This document shows positions 57,509 to 64,000 of a stretch of DNA of 64,000 nucleotides, piece after piece. The translations under genes and the position numbers were made by a program. Source of the DNA: Smithellaceae bacterium (GTDB lineage: Bacteria > Desulfobacterota > Syntrophia > Syntrophales > Smithellaceae); assembly GCA_963667845.2 (NCBI GenBank), contig CAXXVL010000001.1, positions 512,001-576,000 of the forward strand. Reading direction: 5' to 3'. The first letter of the stretch is position 1, and every line of letters begins with the position of its first letter. Under the pieces are notes generated by a model, which did not search any database, was not told where the DNA came from, and worked only from the letters and a program-made list of their open reading frames with translations.

Positions 57509-57727
57509 TTATTTATTATTTAATGGCCGACCCTGAAGAGTGCAAAAAATATTTGATGCGGGATCACGTGCCAAGGCAGCGTCATTTTTACCGGTACTTC
57601 CGGCAGCCAGGAAGGCTGATGTCGCGATAGCTATAAAATATGGCGGGAAAAAGCTGGTTGCCGTGGTGGTTATATAGCTGTGATTGGCCCAGTCATAAAA
57701 TGTCCAGGATAATATTCTCTTACGGTA
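57509..57727 (-). pseudogene. UMF1/ATG22-like MFS N-terminal remnant
   Basis: YRKRILSWTFYDWANHSYITTTATSFFPPYF, preceded by an in-frame stop and truncated. Confidence 0.65.
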
Positions 57728-57860
57728 TCAGGAATCGGATGCAGCATCTCCATTGTGTTGTGATCTTGCATAGCGGGCCTTATGATGACATTAAATAACA
57801 TCTGTCATGAGGAATCGCCTGTCCAGAATCCTCATATGATATATCTCGACCGATGAATTG

Positions 57861-59264
57861 CTAAGGCATCTCCTTGATGATTATTTCCGCGATCCTCCGA
57901 TAATCACCGCCAAAGTGATGCCCGTCGACGAGAGGTATGATTTTAACATTTCCCAACCCCGTGTCCCTGCATAAGGTATCTTCTTCATTTATTCCGAAAA
58001 GGCAGAGAGTTTTTATCCCCCGCAGATTTTTCATTTCAGGCAAAAGGGGATAAGTATTACCCTGGCCTGTACCGCCAATCCATTCAGTGAAGTGAAATTC
58101 AAATTCTGCTTCATGGCTGGGACCAATAAGAGCAATCAGCGCAATCTTTTCTTTCAATGAATGAGCAATTCGAGCGGCAAGGAAAGGCATGACGTCCGCA
58201 CCCATAGAGTAGCCTATGAGGATGACCTTTTTCATATTCCAGGCCCGTGAATAATGATCAATGATGCGTTCCAGATCACGGGTTGCCCCCTCCGGTGTGC
58301 GCGGCTTCCAAAAATAGCGCAGAGCGTCCAACCCCACAACGGGTATGTTTTTTTCCGCAAGAACCCGTGCAACTTCCCGGTCGACGCCCGCCCAGCCGCC
58401 GTCACCGGAAATGATAATTGCAAACGTATCTTTTTCTTGATGATCGGCCTTCACTTCCACCAAAGGGAGGTCTTGGAGATTATCGTTTCGGGGTACTTGC
58501 TCCGTGTAAGGATTATCATAAATATGTAAAATGGTTTTTCGCAGTTGCGGCAGCCAGTTTCGCGTCACGGAGAATCCATGTCCGACTTTGGGCAGCAGAA
58601 CCAATTCGCCATTTGCGACTTGCGATACATATTTTTCCACGTCAGCTGCGTTGCAGACTTGATCAATCGTTCCCTGAAAGGCAATCCAGGGGGACGTCAG
58701 ATTCTTTGCGGGAAGAAAAATGTAACCTTTGCCTTTTGCGCCTCGTGTCCATTCGAGTCCATACCCGCGGCATAAAGGCTTATTCAACAGGAGGTCCGGA
58801 CAAAAACCCATGCTGACGGCAGCAGAAAAAGTATTGGGCGGTGACTGGGCAAGCACGGCATAGACCAATGTCGCTCCCGAAGAGTATCCCAAAAGGAGCG
58901 GCTGCATATAGTTCGGGAAATTGAACTTCTTTTGAATATATTTGCTGAGTGCTTCGAAATCTGCTGCGGGGTATGAACAATTTTCTTGCGATGAAGAAAT
59001 TCCTCTCAGGTAGTGGCGGATATCAATCCCGGCGACCAACGCATTCATTCCGGCAATCTCTTTTGCGATATCCACAACCCCTTTGTTCCACCCGCCGTCG
59101 CCGGATACGAAAAGAACTACTTGCGAAGGGCGGGGAGCTGTCTTGTAAATGGTGACATCGCCGAAACGCCCGAACCGGAACGTTTCTTGAGAAAGGGCAT
59201 TCCCTGCCATTAAGAAAAATATCACGCCGGCCATTATCAATTTAATTCTTGTTTTCGTTTTCAT
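57861..59264 (-). CDS. acvB: AcvB/VirJ family aminoacyl-phosphatidylglycerol hydrolase
   Basis: Two SGDGGW...GYS.GA modules; GHHFGGDY; overlaps the mprF stop. Confidence 0.85.
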   Translation of the reverse strand: MKTKTRIKLIMAGVIFFLMAGNALSQETFRFGRFGDVTIYKTAPRPSQVVLFVSGDGGWNKGVVDIAKEIAGMNALVAGIDIRHYLRGISSSQENCSYPAADFEALSKYIQKKFNFPNYMQPLLLGYSSGATLVYAVLAQSPPNTFSAAVSMGFCPDLLLNKPLCRGYGLEWTRGAKGKGYIFLPAKNLTSPWIAFQGTIDQVCNAADVEKYVSQVANGELVLLPKVGHGFSVTRNWLPQLRKTILHIYDNPYTEQVPRNDNLQDLPLVEVKADHQEKDTFAIIISGDGGWAGVDREVARVLAEKNIPVVGLDALRYFWKPRTPEGATRDLERIIDHYSRAWNMKKVILIGYSMGADVMPFLAARIAHSLKEKIALIALIGPSHEAEFEFHFTEWIGGTGQGNTYPLLPEMKNLRGIKTLCLFGINEEDTLCRDTGLGNVKIIPLVDGHHFGGDYRRIAEIIIKEMP

Positions 59265-61816
59265 CTGGAAATCACCCCTTTAAATCCGCGGGAAATGATA
59301 GCTGCAATGTCGGTAATCACGAGGGGCAGCGAAAATCCACCCGGCGACGCCAGATACCTTGGTTCCCAATGTGGTCCGAATTTATCTTTATAGTCTCTGA
59401 GTCCTTGAAAATTGTAGAAATGGTCGCTATGGCGGTATAAGAAAGATTCGAACCTTGTTACGAAAGGGACCATTTGATTGTCCCCGACACCCGACAAGGG
59501 AGCCATGCCGAGGTTAAATCGCTGGAAGCCTTCCTCCTTCCCCCAAAGCATTAGTCTGGTAAGCAAAAAATCCATCGTACCGTTAGGGGCATTTGGATAA
59601 TATCTCATCAAATCAATGGAAAGTTCCTGTTTTTCACTGGTTGAGAGAATATTGGCAAAGGCGATTATTTTGTTTCCCTGGCGAATGACGGCCGCCGGAA
59701 AGAGGCTGAGATAATCTTCCTTGAAAAATCCCAACGAAAAGCCTTTCTCCCGCGTATGTTTCCTTGAGAGCCAGGCATCCGAAACAGTTTTAAATTCTTT
59801 GATCAGGAGAGGAATCTGCGTTTGCGGAACTATCTCGAAAGTGTATTGCAGTTTCTCAAATTTATGAAGTACGCGACGCAGTTCATCTTTCTTTCCGTCA
59901 GGAATAGTGAATTCCTTTAACGAGACTATGCCTTCTTCGCCAAGTTTCAGCAGGGTCAGTCCAAGGTCGGCATAAATCGGAATATTGTCTTCATTAATCT
60001 GGTAAAAGGCCGGCCGGCCGTCATATTGATCTGACATCTCGCGAAAGCGCCAGATGAGGTCCTTATGTTCGGAGGAAGGCCCTATCGGATCGCCCATAGT
60101 GATCCAGGTCTTTTTCTCTATCCCGTACATGATAAAAGCATTCCTATGCTTGTTGAACAGCAATGCCTTATCATCCAATAAGGCAAGATAACCGTTTGTC
60201 CCGGGGCCTCTATCAATAATTGGTTTGGCTTCTTCCAGTTCTTCTTTAGTGGCCGGTTGTGGTTTTTTAAGAGCCGGCGACAGCAGCACAAAAAGAACGA
60301 AAAAAAAGATGACTGAAAAAGTGCCGACCATGGCACGTAGAGAACGGGGGGCATCTCCTGAAAAGGTAAATTGCCACCAGAGATCGTTGGCATATTCAAT
60401 GTGCCGGTAGGCAAACATACCCAGCCAAAGAGAAGCAGTCATTGTCATAAAGATAGCCGTTATCCAGCCCGGCGTGAGCCGCAAATCGAGGAGGGACGAT
60501 TTGCGGTAAAAATAATGTCGCGAGTTCAGCATCACAATTAACATAGTCGTCAAAATAATTGCTTCTTCGTAGTCGAACCCTTTCAGCAAAGAAAAAATTG
60601 CACCTCCACTCAGGAGAACCACGGTGAGGATATAGGCGCCGTCCAGCCGTCTCTGTAGACCTCTTGCAAGAATTATAAGACTGACTCCTGCCAGGCTGGA
60701 AAGAAAATGAGAAAGTTCTTGAACAGGGAGGGGCACGAAATCAATCAGCAAGCCAAGTCGGTCCCGTATTCCGGGGGTAGCTGCTGAAAACAGCAGGATA
60801 ATGCCGCCGGCGAAAGTTATGAAAGAAAGTGCGTATGGAGTAAGGCTGGAGATCCATGTCCCAAGATATTGCATCGCGTTCTTAGCACTCACTCTCCTCC
60901 GTATGATTTCACCGACGACCAGGGCTATAATCGATATCGCAAACGGTAAAATATAGAAGATCCCGCGGAATAATAAAAGAGCTGTCACGATTGAGGCAGG
61001 CGGCACACCGGGTGAAAGCATAAGCAGCATGGCCGTCTCGAAAACGCCCAGCCCGCCCGGCACTGTGCTGGCCAATCCGATAAATTGTGCCAGGAGAAAA
61101 ATACCAAGAAAGTTAAGATAGGAGAGACCGGCAGAATAAGGAAATAATAAATATAATATAAACCCGGCAAGTGCCCAATCTGCTGTAGCCAATGCAATCT
61201 GGAGCAAAGAAAGCCGGACAGGGATTAGTGGGAATTCCCATTTTCCGAATTTAAATGGTTTTTTTCTGACGGCGTTTGCCACAAGATAGAGGCTTACAAG
61301 ACTCAGAAAAATTACGCCAACCATCCGAACAGGAATGCCGGGAAAGTGAAAAATGTCAGGAATAGAAAGAGGCTCCACAAGAAAGACAATTCCTCCAAGC
61401 GCAAGGAAGCCGATCCCGATGCTGATACTGCAGAAGATGACAATGTTCGAAATATCTATTCCTGAAAGTCCGCTGGCGGAATATAATCGATACCTCACTG
61501 GAGCGCCACCGAACATGAACACTCCCATATTGTTGCTGAATGCGTAACTGATTAGCGATACATTTGCGATTTTTCTGTAGGGGATAAAATAATTTACAAA
61601 ACGCAAGGCCAGATAGTCATAGCCGGTCATGAGCAGATAATTGAGGATGGTTAAAATGACGGCTAAGAAAACTATTATACCGGAAATATGTTTGAGCTGA
61701 TCGATGGAATCTTGTATCTGAAATTGACGGAGTTCATGATATAAAACTGTCAACGCAAGAATAAAAAAGAACGTGCTGAATAAAAAACCCGCATATCGAA
61801 ATATTCGTTTACTCAT
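59261..61816 (-). CDS. mprF: Bifunctional aminoacyl-phosphatidylglycerol flippase/synthase
   Basis: Multi-TM N-terminus (PGGLGVFE), GDPIG, KLGEE, EKGFSLG, DLMR, YNFQGLRDYKDKF. Confidence 0.93.
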   Translation of the reverse strand: MSKRIFRYAGFLFSTFFFILALTVLYHELRQFQIQDSIDQLKHISGIIVFLAVILTILNYLLMTGYDYLALRFVNYFIPYRKIANVSLISYAFSNNMGVFMFGGAPVRYRLYSASGLSGIDISNIVIFCSISIGIGFLALGGIVFLVEPLSIPDIFHFPGIPVRMVGVIFLSLVSLYLVANAVRKKPFKFGKWEFPLIPVRLSLLQIALATADWALAGFILYLLFPYSAGLSYLNFLGIFLLAQFIGLASTVPGGLGVFETAMLLMLSPGVPPASIVTALLLFRGIFYILPFAISIIALVVGEIIRRRVSAKNAMQYLGTWISSLTPYALSFITFAGGIILLFSAATPGIRDRLGLLIDFVPLPVQELSHFLSSLAGVSLIILARGLQRRLDGAYILTVVLLSGGAIFSLLKGFDYEEAIILTTMLIVMLNSRHYFYRKSSLLDLRLTPGWITAIFMTMTASLWLGMFAYRHIEYANDLWWQFTFSGDAPRSLRAMVGTFSVIFFFVLFVLLSPALKKPQPATKEELEEAKPIIDRGPGTNGYLALLDDKALLFNKHRNAFIMYGIEKKTWITMGDPIGPSSEHKDLIWRFREMSDQYDGRPAFYQINEDNIPIYADLGLTLLKLGEEGIVSLKEFTIPDGKKDELRRVLHKFEKLQYTFEIVPQTQIPLLIKEFKTVSDAWLSRKHTREKGFSLGFFKEDYLSLFPAAVIRQGNKIIAFANILSTSEKQELSIDLMRYYPNAPNGTMDFLLTRLMLWGKEEGFQRFNLGMAPLSGVGDNQMVPFVTRFESFLYRHSDHFYNFQGLRDYKDKFGPHWEPRYLASPGGFSLPLVITDIAAIISRGFKGVISR

Positions 61817-61919
61817 ACAGAAACATACTCACGAAACACTTCGTTTATTTGAATATAACGACTTTGAGAAAACGGATTTTATTATGCAATTCTCAGAATA
61901 ATCCTGATCAATTTGTAGT

Positions 61920-61958
61920 CCTTCTTCCTCTCTACATACTTAATAAAGAGGAAGAAGG
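61920..61958 (-). terminator. 12-bp hairpin downstream of the second DegQ gene
   Basis: CCTTCTTCCTCT-N15-AGAGGAAGAAGG, 10 nt beyond the stop codon. Confidence 0.5.
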
Positions 61959-61968
61959 ATATTGTGCT

Positions 61969-63441
61969 TTATCTGGTTTCCACCTGTATCATTCCTGAGT
62001 TGCCCGTCTTATGGTCTACAGCCACAATGGAGATTTTCTGATGCGGTTCCAGAGCGCTGACCATTTGAATGAAACTATCCAGGCCGACGATGGGTTGATC
62101 ATCGATAGCGAGAATAACATCGTTGACCTCAAAACCTTCTTTTTGCAAAGGACCTTTAAATTCAAGCCAACGAATTGCTAGTCCGACATTCGCCTTCAAC
62201 CCGTATTGTTCGGCCTCCTTTGGAGTTAAGGAACGAACCTCAGCTCCTAGTTTTTCCTTAACATTGACAGCAAGAAACCTGGCCGATTCTTCCAGGTTGA
62301 TAATTTTCACTGTCAGTTCCTGCTTTTTCCCTTTGCGGAGGATTTGAACTGTGGCTTGAGATCCGATGGGAGTCGCAGCAACTTCATTTCGGAATGTACT
62401 CGAATTAAAAATGTCTTTGCCCTGGTAACCCACCACGACATCATTTTCTTTCAATCCGGCCTGATCGGCAGGTCCGCCTTTAACAATTTTCGCGATCAGA
62501 ACGCCTTTAGCGGATTCAATATGAAGTGATTTTGCAAGTTCCGGCGTCAGGTTTTGGATGCTGACACCCAACCATCCTCGCTCTACCTTTCCATGGGCGA
62601 TGAGGGCCTTGGATACAAAGATCGCCATATTACTGGGTATGGTAAAACCAATTCCTTCAAAACCTCCCGATTCCGAAGCGATGGCTGCATTTACGCCTAT
62701 CACCTGCCCTTGCAGGTTCAGCAGGGGACCGCCGCTATTTCCCGGATTGATTGCGGCGTCAGTTTGCAGAAAATCCTGATAACTGCTTGGATCAGTAATA
62801 CCCTGCCGATGTTTGGCGCTTATTATCCCCTGTGTGACGCTTTCGTCCAGACCTTGAGGATGCCCGATTGCCACTACCCACTGTCCTACCTCTACGTTAT
62901 CGGAATCGGCGAAGGTGACAAACGGTAAACGTTCATTGGCCGTTATTTTAATAACCGCCAGGTCTGTTTTAAGATCAGTTCCCACAAGTTTCGCCGGGTA
63001 ACGATTGCCATTGGAAAGCAAGACCTCGATTTTTGATGCTCCCCCGGCTACATGATTGTTGGTGAGAATATGGCCCTGGGCATCAATAATCATTCCACTT
63101 CCCAGACCTTTTAACTCTCGCTTGAACTTCTTGGGCATCTTCTGATTACCGAAGAACTGCCGAAAGGACGGGTCATCCTGGAAAGGCAAGAAAGGATTCG
63201 CCACCACTTGGCTTTTGGTGACTTCAATGTGAACCACGGCGGGAATGGTCTGTTTTGCCACTTGGGTGATGGCTGTGCTTAAGTCTATATGCGTCACCTT
63301 CTCTGTCGCAAAAACGGACGAGGATAAGGACAAAATAAAAATCGTTAAAAAAATGATTATGGGGAGTGCCGCATATCCATGAGTACTTATCCTTCTTCCT
63401 TTGATTGCCCCGGTTAAAAATATTATCCGTTCCATTAACAA
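61969..63441 (-). CDS. DegQ/DegP (HtrA) serine protease, second paralog
   Basis: GSGMII, TNNHVA, QTDAAINPGNSGGPL, two PDZ domains. Confidence 0.93.
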   Translation of the reverse strand: MLMERIIFLTGAIKGRRISTHGYAALPIIIFLTIFILSLSSSVFATEKVTHIDLSTAITQVAKQTIPAVVHIEVTKSQVVANPFLPFQDDPSFRQFFGNQKMPKKFKRELKGLGSGMIIDAQGHILTNNHVAGGASKIEVLLSNGNRYPAKLVGTDLKTDLAVIKITANERLPFVTFADSDNVEVGQWVVAIGHPQGLDESVTQGIISAKHRQGITDPSSYQDFLQTDAAINPGNSGGPLLNLQGQVIGVNAAIASESGGFEGIGFTIPSNMAIFVSKALIAHGKVERGWLGVSIQNLTPELAKSLHIESAKGVLIAKIVKGGPADQAGLKENDVVVGYQGKDIFNSSTFRNEVAATPIGSQATVQILRKGKKQELTVKIINLEESARFLAVNVKEKLGAEVRSLTPKEAEQYGLKANVGLAIRWLEFKGPLQKEGFEVNDVILAIDDQPIVGLDSFIQMVSALEPHQKISIVAVDHKTGNSGMIQVETR

Positions 63442-64000
63442 TCCTCCCTGTAATTATTTATCGAAACACTTCCTTTGTTGACTATCCGGTAATTCAACTC
63501 TCTGCTTCCGTCATACCTTTCGGGTAAAGATTTTCATCAGAAGCGCCACGCCGTCTCGCCAGGCGCCATTCATGATTATGATGCAATCAAAAGCTTTCCC
63601 GTATTTCATCAGTCTTCTCGTCAAACTTTCAATCTGTCTAATCTTGGATCAAGTTTCATGTGAGTTTATTTGTCGTCTCATTGATCTCGATATAAAATGT
63701 TGGGCACGCCCCCTAAAATATTTGATTGCGGCGCGAGGCTGTTTGTCAATTATAATGGTAATTTGTTTTAGATATTCAATAGGTGAAGAGAGAAAAACAA
63801 TGGCTAAAAATTGATAGTATAATGGTAGTTATATCCAATCAGCGACAGGGCATTTGAGAAGTGAACGTGCCATTTAACTCGCTGGATTAACCCCCTCCGG
63901 GCCACATAGATTGCTTTTCATCGCAGTGGAGGGCGTGTTTGGACGGGAGGTTTTGAAACTTTGCTCAGGCATTTTGCTTCAATCCCGCCCACGCGGGACG

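Overview
A 64-kb bacterial window of moderate GC. Gene content (multiheme cytochromes, glycyl radical enzyme, anaerobic sulfatase maturase, DUF134/NifX cluster) suggests an anaerobic deltaproteobacterium such as Syntrophales/Desulfobacterota; this is inference. I found no rRNA, tRNA, CRISPR array or intact transposase/integrase. Positions 1-19 kb hold ordinary metabolic, stress and envelope genes. From about 19.4 to 55 kb the window is a mosaic of short, unrelated accessory modules: a PAS histidine kinase, two beta-propeller lipoproteins, an MFS, SH3+M48 peptidase, a serine hydrolase, a QueG-like Fe-S protein, DUF523/1722+TIGR01777, an AT-rich Mrr-like nuclease-STAND NTPase, sulfatase+maturase, a divergent glycyl radical enzyme+activase, and an orphan nrfA. 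Most intergenic spacers between these modules carry recurring degenerate repeats: G/C-tailed end motifs resembling RAYT/HUH-element termini, a TIR-bounded MITE, GTCATT...AATGAC palindromes and a self-nesting 18-nt hairpin unit. There is also a coding remnant resembling a RAYT C-terminus, and many pseudogenes. The best candidates for new biology are (1) an accessory-gene array delimited by HUH/RAYT-type ends, (2) the inverted-repeat-flanked nuclease-STAND gene as a candidate anti-phage system, (3) a short glycyl radical enzyme with non-canonical Cys and Gly loops, and (4) the nested hairpin micro-element. The window ends with USP, YbaK, acvB-mprF and a second DegQ-like protease. All family calls come from recognising motifs by eye; no database search was run.
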